A stretch of DNA of 64,000 bases from Solirubrobacteraceae bacterium (GTDB lineage Bacteria > Actinomycetota > Thermoleophilia > Solirubrobacterales > Solirubrobacteraceae): positions 49,209 through 113,208 of the forward strand of contig DASVQN010000043.1 of NCBI GenBank assembly GCA_036389155.1. Direction: 5' to 3'. A program made the translations under genes and the position numbers. The notes below the pieces were generated by a model. That model saw only the letters and a program-made list of their open reading frames with translations, had not been told where the DNA came from and ran no database searches. Numbering within the stretch: position 1 is the stretch's first letter; every line of letters begins with the position of its first letter. Shown here in pieces: positions 1-8,071 of this stretch.

Positions 1-88
1 GCGCTCGACGTGCCAGGTGACGGACTCGGGCATGCCGACGGTGTGCCCGCTCCCGCCGCGGCCGACCGCGGACTGGACGGTTGATCGA

Positions 89-922
89 CTACGGGCCGTC
101 GAACACGACGATCGGCGCCTCGACGTCCAGGTCGAGCTTCATCCGGCGGGCGACGTAGCCCGTCACCTTCCACTCCACGACCGCGTGCGGCGCCTGCGCG
201 GTCGGCCCGGGGTTCGTCGGCACCGGGAGCGCGAACGGGAACTGGCGCGTCTGGCCCGCGGCGAACTCCTGCCCGCCGGCGACCTCGACCTCGGCGACGT
301 CGTCGGAGCGGTTGATCTTGTGCTTGTCGTGGTTGTACCGACGGGTGCGCGTGAGCTTGACCTTGACGCCGGTGGCCTTGACGTCCTCGGCCGTGGTGAC
401 GCTGAGCGTCCCCTGCAGCGTGTCGCCGCCGCGCACCGATGCGGGCAGGTCCTCGAACGAGACGCCGTCCTTGTCGGCGGCCACGGTGCGCCGCTCGGAC
501 GGCACGCTGCCCGACGGCAGGCGGACGGCGAGCACCCGGTCGGCCTTGGCGTCGAACCCGCCGCTCCGGTCGATCTTCGTCCAGGCCTCCCACTTGACGG
601 CCTGGCTCGAGCTGGGCGGCAGGCCCTCGGGGACGGTGAACGTCAGCTCGTGCTCGCCGACCTCGAGCGGGACGTCGCCCATGTCCTCGTGCAGCGTGAT
701 CGAGCGCCAGACCTCGTCCCACTCGTGCTCGCGCCGGTCGTACTCCTTCGTCAGGAACTCGTTGACGCAGCGGATGCCCGCCTGCGCGCCCTGCGACTTG
801 TCGTCGATCTCGCCGCCGACGACGACGCGCAGCCGGACCTCCTGACCCGGAACGAGGTTGAGCGGCTCGGCCGCGAGGTTGACCGTGGGCTTCTTGCCCT
901 TGAACCTGTCGAGGAATCCCAT
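89..922 (-). CDS. arrestin-like (Arrestin_N/SpoOM-clan style) beta-sandwich protein, function unknown
   Basis: This is the C-terminal 277 codons of ORF 89..1402. An ATG at 922 gives MGFLDRFKGKK..., and composition is protein-like from there on. Upstream of 922 the ORF is Arg/Gly junk. The pattern PG..V.L.V..GG....., L..G.H.L.F.V.P.GLPPS resembles arrestin-fold proteins. Confidence 0.55.
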   Translation of the reverse strand: MGFLDRFKGKKPTVNLAAEPLNLVPGQEVRLRVVVGGEIDDKSQGAQAGIRCVNEFLTKEYDRREHEWDEVWRSITLHEDMGDVPLEVGEHELTFTVPEGLPPSSSQAVKWEAWTKIDRSGGFDAKADRVLAVRLPSGSVPSERRTVAADKDGVSFEDLPASVRGGDTLQGTLSVTTAEDVKATGVKVKLTRTRRYNHDKHKINRSDDVAEVEVAGGQEFAAGQTRQFPFALPVPTNPGPTAQAPHAVVEWKVTGYVARRMKLDLDVEAPIVVFDGP

Positions 923-933
923 GGCACGGGAAT

Positions 934-1236
934 CTAGTCCTGCTTCGTCGCCTCCACCATCCCGGCGACGCGGTCGTCGCGCTGCTTGCGGGTCCGGGCG
1001 GCCTTCTTCGCGGTCGCGCTGCGCTGGGCCGCCTTGGCCTTGCGCGTCTGGGCGGCCTTCTGCGCGGCCTCGCTGCGCTTCGCGGTGGTGCGCTTGCGGG
1101 TCGCCGCGGCCTTCTGGGCGGCCTCGGCGCGCGGGTTGCCCGACCCCCTGGCGCTGACGGTGCGGGCGACGGTGTTCGCGGCGCCGCCGAGCGCGCCCGC
1201 GGCGCCCGTGACGAGGTTCTTCGCAGTGTCGATCAT
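934..1236 (-). CDS. small Lys/Ala/Arg-rich basic protein with internal AAQKAA-x-TRK repeats (histone-H1-like tail composition)
   Basis: 100-aa ORF MIDTAKNLVTGAAG... followed by repeated EAAQKAAATRK / EAAQKAAQTRK / AAQRSATAKKAARTRK units. Its stop is 12 nt upstream of the next minus-strand gene start at 922. Confidence 0.5.
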   Translation of the reverse strand: MIDTAKNLVTGAAGALGGAANTVARTVSARGSGNPRAEAAQKAAATRKRTTAKRSEAAQKAAQTRKAKAAQRSATAKKAARTRKQRDDRVAGMVEATKQD

Positions 1237-1292
1237 GCGCTTGGGCTTCCCCGGTCATGCGCGGGGTCAACCGCGGCTGTAGCCTGCCGCCC

Positions 1293-1418
1293 ATGGATGA
1301 CGTCTGGCTCATGATCCGCATCATCGTCGTCGTCGTCGCGTGGGGCGGGCTGCTGCTCTCCGTCGGCTTCGGCCTCGAGATGCTGTCGCGCCTCTTCGGC
1401 AAGCGCGACGCGGCCTAG
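1293..1418 (+). CDS. possible 41-aa single-pass membrane micro-protein
   Basis: My own translation gives MDDVWLMIRIIVVVVAWGGLLLSVGFGLEMLSRLFGKRDAA. It is below the ORF-track length cutoff. Nearly all third positions are G/C, and there is one clear hydrophobic helix. It lies in an otherwise unassigned gap. Confidence 0.35.
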   Translation: MDDVWLMIRIIVVVVAWGGLLLSVGFGLEMLSRLFGKRDAA

Positions 1419-3880
1419 CGGCGGCGCGCGGCGCGCCCCGGCGTGCACGTGCGGTACGCGCGCGTCGTCCTCACGACGCGCCCGCTGCGCAGGCGCGAGA
1501 CGATCCTCACCACGTAGCGGCCCGCCGGCCTGCCGCGCAGGTCGACGCGGGCCTGGAACACGCCGCGCACGCGCCGGACCCGCACGCGCCGGCCCTGCAC
1601 GAACACCCGCACGGATCGCACGCGCCGACCGCGGATCCGCTTCGCGGGGTGGATCGTGAAGTTGCGCCGGCTCTGGCAGGCGACGCGGGAGGTTCCCGTC
1701 CCGACCTGCACCGTCCGGTCGCAGCCCGCCAGCGTGACGGCCATCGAGACGTTGCTCTGCACGCGCAGGTCGACGTCGCAGCCGACGCGCGCCCGCGCGA
1801 CGTCGATCGTCGCCGCGGCCACGTCGGTCGACGTCAGGTCGAGCCGGTTGGCCTTCGGCTCGGCGGGCGCGTCGCCCCAGCCGCGCGCGCGGCGCACGTA
1901 GGCGAGCGCCGGGTGCGAGCCGCCGGTGAGCGTCCCGCCGCCCTGCTCCTCGTCCAGCAGCGGCGGGTCGCCGACGCCGAACGCGTGCGAGCGCGCGTCG
2001 ATCGTCCCGGTCCCCGCTCCCTCCTTGAGCCGCAGGTCCGACAGCCAGTACGCGTGGTCCCCCGGCCCGACCGGCGCGGCCTGCTCGCCGCGGTCGACGA
2101 CGTACGTGACGTGCGGCGGGTCGCGGTCGACGCGGTGCTCGCCGAGGAACGCCGTCGCCGGGCCGTACTCGTCGTTGTTGCCGAGCGTGATGTGCCCGCC
2201 CGGGTTGAACAGCCACCAGTCGTAGCGCAGCCCTGTCGCGTTCATCTCGTCGTGCGCCTGCTGGGCGAGCGCCGGGTCGACGAGCTCGTCCTGCCCGACG
2301 TACCACGCCATCACGGGGATGTTGCGCAGCCCGGGGAGGAACTGCGCGTCGCCGAACAGCGGTCCGACGATGGGGAACGCGCGGGCGAAGAGGTCGGGCC
2401 AGCGGCCGCCGAGGCGGTACGTCCCCTCGCCGCCCATCGAGTAGCCGCTCACCGCCGCCCAGCCGGGGTCGAGGTCGTAGTGGCGCGCGACGTCGGCCCA
2501 CATCTCGAAGACGTCGGCCTCCGCGTAGCCCATGTACTGGCCGTCGGGGCCGCGGCCGAGCGGCGAGGCGACGATCGACCCGGCGCCGCGCTCGCCGAAC
2601 TGCTCGGCGTTGCGGCTGCCCAGGAACTCGTTGTGGTTGGCCGAGAGGCCGTGCATCGCCAGCGTCATCCCGTAGCCGCGCGCGGGCGGTGGCTTCTTCG
2701 GCACGTACAGCGCGTAGGGCTGCAGCTGCCCGACGAAGCGGCCGGTGCACGGCGGCGGGTCGTCGCCGGCGGTCACGTTGGCGGTCAGGCACTTGACGTC
2801 GTGGTTGACTCCCGCGCCGAGGTCGAAGCGGCTGACGAGGATGCGGTTCAGGTGGCCGTCCTTCGGCACGCCGGAGTCGTCGCGCGCACCCGCCGCGAGC
2901 TTGGCGAAGTCGACGTCGGCCGCGAACGCGCTGACGTCGCCGGCGGCGAGCGCGTCGCCCTGCGCTCGCTCGCGCCACCAGGCGCCGTCGGCCTTCACCA
3001 GCGCGCCGCCCTCGACGATCGTGTTGGCGATTCCCGGGTCGTTGATCTTCGGGAGCGGCTCGTTGCCGCGGAAGGCGACGTTGAAGAGCGCGGCGCGCGA
3101 CGGCGAGGCGCCGCCCGGCGTGGTCGCCGAGGCGGGGCCGGGGCTCGGCGCGAGGTACGCGTCGCCGCTCCACAGCCCGACGCCGGCCGCCATGCGCACG
3201 GTGCCGGTGCCCGGGTCCCACGCCGCGTGCGGGATCCGCACGTCGAACTGGCGGCGCCGCGCGTCGAGGGCCGCGGTGGGCGACGGCGAGCGCGGCGTGC
3301 CGGTCGCCGCGTCGACGAGCTCCGCCGTCGCGCCGTGGACCGTGAGGAACAGCTCGGCCGGCGAGCTGACGCCGGCCCCGTGCGGCCACGGCCGGGGCGC
3401 GGCGGACGTGCCGAGCGCGATCGTGAACGCGGTCTGCTCGAGATCGGCGAGCGTGTTGAGCGTGACGCGGAACGCGGTCGCGTCCGCGAGCCGCTTGACG
3501 CGCAGCTCGACCAGGTCGGCGGCGTTGCTCGCGAATTTCTTGTCGGTCGGATAGGTGAGCGTGCCGTGCCTGGGCGAGAAGAGGAACTCGAGGCCGTTCT
3601 GCGGGTCGCTCGGGTCCTCGGCCCCGGCGCCGCCGTGGTCGTCGTAGAGGAAGTCCTGGTAGAGGAACTCGCCGTCGCGGTAGGAGGTCGCGCCGGAGAC
3701 GAGGATCGGGTCGGCGCGCCACGGCGCGGCGTTCTCGAGCTGCGGCGCGGAGGCGGCGGGCGCGTAGAGCGTGTCCGGCCCGGGCCGGTGGCCGGTGGCG
3801 ACCTGCGGGAGCGAGGCGGCGTGGGCAGGCGTCGCGGCGAGCGCCCCTGCCACGACCGCCGAGAGGACGATCGGGCGCAT
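1415..3880 (-). CDS. secreted alpha/beta-hydrolase (esterase/peptidase-like) with an Arg-rich C-terminal domain
   Basis: Signal peptide MRPIVLSAVVAGALAATPAHAAS. The nucleophile elbow is GYSMGG, preceded by MHGLSANHNEF. The last 87 aa (C-QSRRNFTIH...VDLRGRPAG...YRTC) are homologous to the tail of the lipase at 36995..38293. Confidence 0.85.
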   Translation of the reverse strand: MRPIVLSAVVAGALAATPAHAASLPQVATGHRPGPDTLYAPAASAPQLENAAPWRADPILVSGATSYRDGEFLYQDFLYDDHGGAGAEDPSDPQNGLEFLFSPRHGTLTYPTDKKFASNAADLVELRVKRLADATAFRVTLNTLADLEQTAFTIALGTSAAPRPWPHGAGVSSPAELFLTVHGATAELVDAATGTPRSPSPTAALDARRRQFDVRIPHAAWDPGTGTVRMAAGVGLWSGDAYLAPSPGPASATTPGGASPSRAALFNVAFRGNEPLPKINDPGIANTIVEGGALVKADGAWWRERAQGDALAAGDVSAFAADVDFAKLAAGARDDSGVPKDGHLNRILVSRFDLGAGVNHDVKCLTANVTAGDDPPPCTGRFVGQLQPYALYVPKKPPPARGYGMTLAMHGLSANHNEFLGSRNAEQFGERGAGSIVASPLGRGPDGQYMGYAEADVFEMWADVARHYDLDPGWAAVSGYSMGGEGTYRLGGRWPDLFARAFPIVGPLFGDAQFLPGLRNIPVMAWYVGQDELVDPALAQQAHDEMNATGLRYDWWLFNPGGHITLGNNDEYGPATAFLGEHRVDRDPPHVTYVVDRGEQAAPVGPGDHAYWLSDLRLKEGAGTGTIDARSHAFGVGDPPLLDEEQGGGTLTGGSHPALAYVRRARGWGDAPAEPKANRLDLTSTDVAAATIDVARARVGCDVDLRVQSNVSMAVTLAGCDRTVQVGTGTSRVACQSRRNFTIHPAKRIRGRRVRSVRVFVQGRRVRVRRVRGVFQARVDLRGRPAGRYVVRIVSRLRSGRVVRTTRAYRTCTPGRAARRR

Positions 3881-3898
3881 GTACCTCTAAGGTACATG
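3878..3898. promoter_or_regulatory. perfect inverted repeat CATGTACCT-cta-AGGTACATG, candidate TetR operator
   Basis: A 9-bp-arm palindrome fills the 22-bp gap between the divergent hydrolase gene (start 3880) and tetR (start 3903). It is AT-richer than its surroundings. Confidence 0.5.
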
Positions 3899-3902
3899 AG
3901 GC

Positions 3903-4571
3903 ATGGCCGTCGCGCTCCGCACCGACGAGACCGCGCGCGGGCAGCGTTCGCGGCTGCTGGCGGCGATGGGCGACGTCGTCGCCGCGAAGGGCTACGCGGC
4001 CGCGACCGTGGCCGACGTCGTGCGCGCCGCGGGCGTCAGCCGGACCACCTTCTACGAGCTCTTCCGCTCGAAGGAGGACTGCTTCCTGCAGGCCTATCGC
4101 GACGGCGTCGACGCGCTGATCGACGACGTCCGCGCGGCCGTGCGGGCGACCGAGGGCGACTGGCGCGAGCAGCTGCGCGCGGGCATGCGCGCGTACCTCG
4201 CCTCGCTCGCCGACGACCGGCGCTTCGCGCGCACCTACCTGCTCGAGATCCACGGCGCCGGCGAGGCCGCGCTCGACGCGCGCGCGGACGCCCTGCGCCG
4301 CTTCGCCGACCGCTACCACGCGACCTACGAGCAGGCGCGCTCGGGCGACCCTTCGCTCCGCGAGCCGAGCGCGGACGCGCTGCTCGTCCTGTGCTCGGGC
4401 ACCGAGCAGCTCGTGGCCGAGCGCCTGCGCCGCGACGAGCCCATCGCCGACCTCGAGGACGTCTTCTGCACCTGCGCCGAGGCGGTGCTCCTGCACCGCC
4501 CAAACCCTCAACCACCCTACGAAAAGTGCCAGGCACCGTGCCAGGCACCTGATGACTATCGGGAGCCCTGA
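3903..4571 (+). CDS. TetR/AcrR family transcriptional regulator
   Basis: N-terminal HTH motif TVADVVRAAGVSRTTFYELFRSKEDC. The stop overlaps the start of the next gene (TGATG). Confidence 0.9.
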   Translation: MAVALRTDETARGQRSRLLAAMGDVVAAKGYAAATVADVVRAAGVSRTTFYELFRSKEDCFLQAYRDGVDALIDDVRAAVRATEGDWREQLRAGMRAYLASLADDRRFARTYLLEIHGAGEAALDARADALRRFADRYHATYEQARSGDPSLREPSADALLVLCSGTEQLVAERLRRDEPIADLEDVFCTCAEAVLLHRPNPQPPYEKCQAPCQAPDDYREP

Positions 4572-5710
4572 TGGATCTCAGCTTCAACGAGCAGGAGGCC
4601 GCGTTCCGCGACGAGCTGCGCGCCTGGCTGGCCGACAACCCCGCGGGCGACGCGCCCGAGGACGAGGACTCGCAGTACGCGTGGCGCCGCGACTGGCAGC
4701 GCCGCCTGAACGAGGGCCGCTGGGCCGGCGTCCACTGGCCGGAGGAGTACGGCGGCCGCGGCGCCTCGCTGATGGAGACCGCGATCTTCTTCGAGGAGAT
4801 GGGCAAGGCCGGCGCGCCGCTGCCCGCGAACGTCCTCGGTCTGCTGCTCGCCGGGCCGACGATCATGGTCTGGGGCAGCGACGAGCAGAAGGACCGCTAC
4901 CTCGCGCCGATTCTCTCCGCCGACGAGATCTGGTGCCAGGGCTTCTCCGAGCCCGACGCCGGCTCGGACCTCGCCGCGCTCAAGACGCGCGCGGTCAAGG
5001 ACGGGGACGAGTGGGTCGTCACCGGCCAGAAGGTGTGGACCTCCGGCGCGCAGTACTCCAAGTGGTGCATGCTCGTCGCGCGCACCGACCAGGACGCGCC
5101 GAAGCACAAGGGCCTCAGCTACTTCCTGATGGACATGGAGCAGGACGCCGTCCAGGTGCGCCCGCTCACCCAGATCACCGGCGACCCCGAGTTCAACGAG
5201 CTCTTCATCGAGGAGGCGCGGATCCCCGACGAGAACCTCCTCGGCGGGGTCGGGAACGGCTGGAAGGTCGCGCTGACCACGCTCATGAACGAGCGGGCCG
5301 GGCTCGGCTTCTTCCTCCAGGTCCGTCTGCGCCAGCTCCTCGACGACCTCTTCGACGAGGCGCTGAAGACCGGCCTGCTCGACGACCCGCGCGTCGCGGA
5401 CAAGCTCGCCGAGCTGCACGTGCGCACGGAGATCCTGCGCCTGACCGCCTACCGCGGCCTGAGCGTGATCGAGCAGTACGGGCAGCCGGGCCCGGAGGGC
5501 TCGCTCGTCAAGTGGCTGTGGAGCGAGACGAACCAGATGCTGACGCAGCTCGCGCCCGAGATCGTCGGGCCGGACGCGCTGACCGGCGGCACGCAGTGGG
5601 CCTACGAGCTGCTGCGCGCCCGCGGCAACACCATCGAGGGCGGGACGACCGAGATCCTGCGCAACATCGTCGCCGAGCGCGTGCTCGGCCTGCCCCGCGC
5701 GGGCCGGTAG
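4571..5710 (+). CDS. acyl-CoA dehydrogenase
   Basis: 379 aa with a C-terminal GGTTEILRNIVAERVLGLP motif and ACAD-like middle region (CQGFSEPDAGSD). Confidence 0.9.
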   Translation: MDLSFNEQEAAFRDELRAWLADNPAGDAPEDEDSQYAWRRDWQRRLNEGRWAGVHWPEEYGGRGASLMETAIFFEEMGKAGAPLPANVLGLLLAGPTIMVWGSDEQKDRYLAPILSADEIWCQGFSEPDAGSDLAALKTRAVKDGDEWVVTGQKVWTSGAQYSKWCMLVARTDQDAPKHKGLSYFLMDMEQDAVQVRPLTQITGDPEFNELFIEEARIPDENLLGGVGNGWKVALTTLMNERAGLGFFLQVRLRQLLDDLFDEALKTGLLDDPRVADKLAELHVRTEILRLTAYRGLSVIEQYGQPGPEGSLVKWLWSETNQMLTQLAPEIVGPDALTGGTQWAYELLRARGNTIEGGTTEILRNIVAERVLGLPRAGR

Positions 5711-5722
5711 GAGGAACGGAAG

Positions 5723-6736
5723 ATGCGATTCACGCTGTCCGAGGACCAGCAGGAGATCAAGCGCACGGCGAAGGACCTGCTCGCGTCGCGCTCGACGTGG
5801 GAGAAGGTCCGCACCAACGCCGAGGCGGGGCAGTACGACGACGCGCTCGCGCGCGAGCTGGCGGAGCTGGGCTGGCCCGGCATCGCCGTGAGCGAGGAGC
5901 ACGGCGGCCAGGGGCTCGGGATCGTCGAGCTGGCCGCGCTGCTCGAGGAGCTCGGCTACGCGTGCGCGACGGTGCCGTTCCTCGGCACGGTCTGCGCGGC
6001 GCTCGTCATCGAGCATGCGGGGTCGACCGAGCAGCAGGCCGAGTGGCTGCCGCGCCTGGCCAGCGGGGAGGCCCGCGGCGCGCTCGGCGCTCTGCGCGAC
6101 GGCACGGCCGAGCTCGTGCCGGACGCCGACGGCGCGGACGTCGTCGTGCTCGCCGACCTCGCAGCGGCGAGCGCGACGCTCGTCGGCGGCGACGCCGTCG
6201 AGCCCGTCGCGGCGATCGACCCGACCCGCCGCTACGGCCGCGTGGCGGCCGGCGGCGACGCGCTGCCCGGCGACGTCGCCGCGGGCGTCGACCGCGCGCT
6301 CGTCGCGGTGTCGGCCGAGCTCGTCGGCGTGGCGCAGCGCGCGCTCGAGATGAGCGTGGAGTACGTCAAGGAGCGCAAGCAGTTCGGCGTCCCGGTCGGG
6401 ACGTTCCAGGCCGTCCAGCACAAGGCCGCGCAGATGTTGCTCGACGCCGAGGGCGGCCGGTCGGCGACGTACTTCGCGGCCTGGGCCGCGGACGCGGCGC
6501 CGGAGCAGCTGCCGGGCGCGGCGTCGATCGCCAAGGCGTGGACGTCGGACGCCGGCCGCTCGGCCACCGCGACGGCGATCCAGCTGCACGGCGGGATCGG
6601 CTTCACGTGGGAGGCCGACGTGCACTGGCTGTTCAAGCGCGCGCAGCTCGACGCCGCGTTCCTGGGCGGGACCGGCACGCACCGCGCGCGGATCGCGAAG
6701 CTGGCCGCGCAGCAGCGGGAGACGGCGGTGGCCTAG
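5723..6736 (+). CDS. acyl-CoA dehydrogenase family protein (second subunit/paralogue)
   Basis: 337 aa with the IQLHGGIGFTWE motif. An AGGAGG Shine-Dalgarno sequence precedes the ATG. Confidence 0.85.
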   Translation: MRFTLSEDQQEIKRTAKDLLASRSTWEKVRTNAEAGQYDDALARELAELGWPGIAVSEEHGGQGLGIVELAALLEELGYACATVPFLGTVCAALVIEHAGSTEQQAEWLPRLASGEARGALGALRDGTAELVPDADGADVVVLADLAAASATLVGGDAVEPVAAIDPTRRYGRVAAGGDALPGDVAAGVDRALVAVSAELVGVAQRALEMSVEYVKERKQFGVPVGTFQAVQHKAAQMLLDAEGGRSATYFAAWAADAAPEQLPGAASIAKAWTSDAGRSATATAIQLHGGIGFTWEADVHWLFKRAQLDAAFLGGTGTHRARIAKLAAQQRETAVA

Positions 6737-6834
6737 CGACGGGCCGTCGCGGCCGGCTCCGCGCCGGCGGCGCTCGGCGGCAGCCGCCCGAGCTTGCGGT
6801 GCTCCAGCCGCACCGCAAGCTCGAGGTGGCGTAT

Positions 6835-6915
6835 CGCGTCGAAGACGCGCTCGAGGTTCTTCTCGGTCTCCCCGAAGTACTTCGAGACGACGCCGGCGAG
6901 GTCGATCCGGTACGC
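6835..6915 (-). pseudogene. fragment of an AAA+ (CDC48/Afp15-like) ATPase
   Basis: My own translation gives AYRIDLAGVVSKYFGETEKNLERVFDA. This is the conserved segment just after the Walker A region of CDC48-type ATPases. There is no start codon and no Walker motifs, and the frame runs into unrelated sequence ending at 6733. Confidence 0.45.
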
Positions 6916-6939
6916 GACCGAGGCCGAGGTCGTCGGCGA

Positions 6940-7264
6940 CCACGTGCGCCGCGCGCATCTCGACGAGGATCTCGTTGCCGCTCGCGTTCAGACCCGGCGA
7001 GCTGTACCTGCACGGCCACGCCCCGGATGAACTTGTAGGTCACGATGATCGCGCCGGCCCAGTCGAGCATGTTGATCTGGCCGTCGAAGCGGTTCGCGTC
7101 GAGCTTGCCGTCGAGGATCGTCTGGCGCCAGGTCCCGTGTGCTCGACGACGTGGCTCTCGCGGGAGAACCCCGACGCCTCCGCGAAGAAGCCCGCGGGCT
7201 CGGCCGCGCCGAGAGCGAGCGAGGAGATGTAGGTGCCGACCGGAGTCTGGACGTCCGCAGCCAT
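6940..7264 (-). pseudogene. contractile-tail tube protein (TIGR02241/PF06841-like), disrupted by at least two frameshifts
   Basis: An ATG at 7264 follows an SD-like GAGAGGTGG. Frame 1 reads MAADVQTPVGTYISSLALGAAEPAGFFAEASGFSRESHVVEH. Homology continues in a second frame (GTWRQTILDGKLDANRFDGQINMLDWAGAIIVTYKF, from about 7136). It then moves to a third frame (PGLNASGNEILVEM, from about 7006). Confidence 0.55.
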
Positions 7265-7305
7265 GTGGTGCCACCTCTCTTGAAGAAGGATCGAGTCGGT
7301 CCGTC

Positions 7306-8034
7306 TCAGCCCGCGGGCTGGTACTGGCTGATCAGGAAGGTCACGAACTCCCCCGGCTGGGCGAGCGCGACGCCGACGAGGATGTTGACCCGGCCGAGGT
7401 CGACGTCCTCGTCGGTGGTCGTCGTGGCGTCGCACCTGACGAAGAACGCCTCGCGCGGACTCGCGCCGAGCAGGGCGCCGCTCCGCCACACGACCGTCAG
7501 GAAGTCGGAGACCGATGCCTGGAGGCGCTTCCAGAGGATCCAGTCGTTCGGCTCGAACACGGCCCACTGCGTTCCCTCGAGGATCGAGGCGCTGATGTAG
7601 GTGAGGAGCCGGCGGAGGTTGACGTACCGGGACTCGGGCTCGGCCTCGAGCGCGAGCGTCCGCGCGCCCCAGACCAGGATGCCCCGGCCGGGGAAGGACC
7701 GGATGCAGTTGAGGCCGGCGTCGTTCAGAGAGGCCTGCTCGGCGTCGCTCGTGTCGTACCCGAGGCCCAGCGCGCCGCGCAGCTCCTCGTTGGCGGGAGC
7801 CTTGAAGACGCCACGCTCCCGGTCGGTGCGCGCCCACACGCCGGCGACGTGACCGCACGGCGGCACCGCGATGGCCGCGCCTGCGAGCGGGTCCGCGACG
7901 GTGATCCACGGCCAGTAAAGGGTCGAGAACCTGCTGCGCGGCGGCCCCGCGTCGCTCGCGACCCAGGCCGCGACGACCGCCGTGGGGACGCCCGCGATGG
8001 GCGCGCCTGCCGCCGGGAGCTCCTCGATCACGAG
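7306..8034 (-). pseudogene. contractile-tail sheath protein, internally deleted and lacking a start codon
   Basis: The C-terminal about 215 aa match sheath proteins closely: LYWPWITVADP, VPPCGHVAGVWARTDRERGVFKAPANE, NCIRSFPGRGILVWGARTL, RYVNLRRL, TQWAVFEPND, WRSGALLG, FFVRCD, GEFVTFLISQ. The N-terminal motif LVIEELPAAGAPIAGVPTAVVAAWV is joined directly to the C-terminal domain. No ATG/GTG precedes it, and ltrA starts 38 nt away on the other strand. Confidence 0.8.
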
Positions 8035-8071
8035 GCAAGCTCTACCACGCCCGCGCCCTAGGATCGCCGGG

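Noticed and set aside
1-33. A possible start of a further minus-strand gene (ATG at 33, MPESVTWHVER...).
   Set aside because: Only 11 codons fall inside the window, which is too short to support as a feature.
1233-4552. ORFs of over 1000 aa on both strands (1233..4511 minus, 1340..4552 plus).
   Set aside because: The translations are almost pure Arg/Ala/Pro/Gly/Asp with no motifs. They overlap the well-supported hydrolase and TetR genes in other frames. This is the classic high-GC shadow-ORF artefact.
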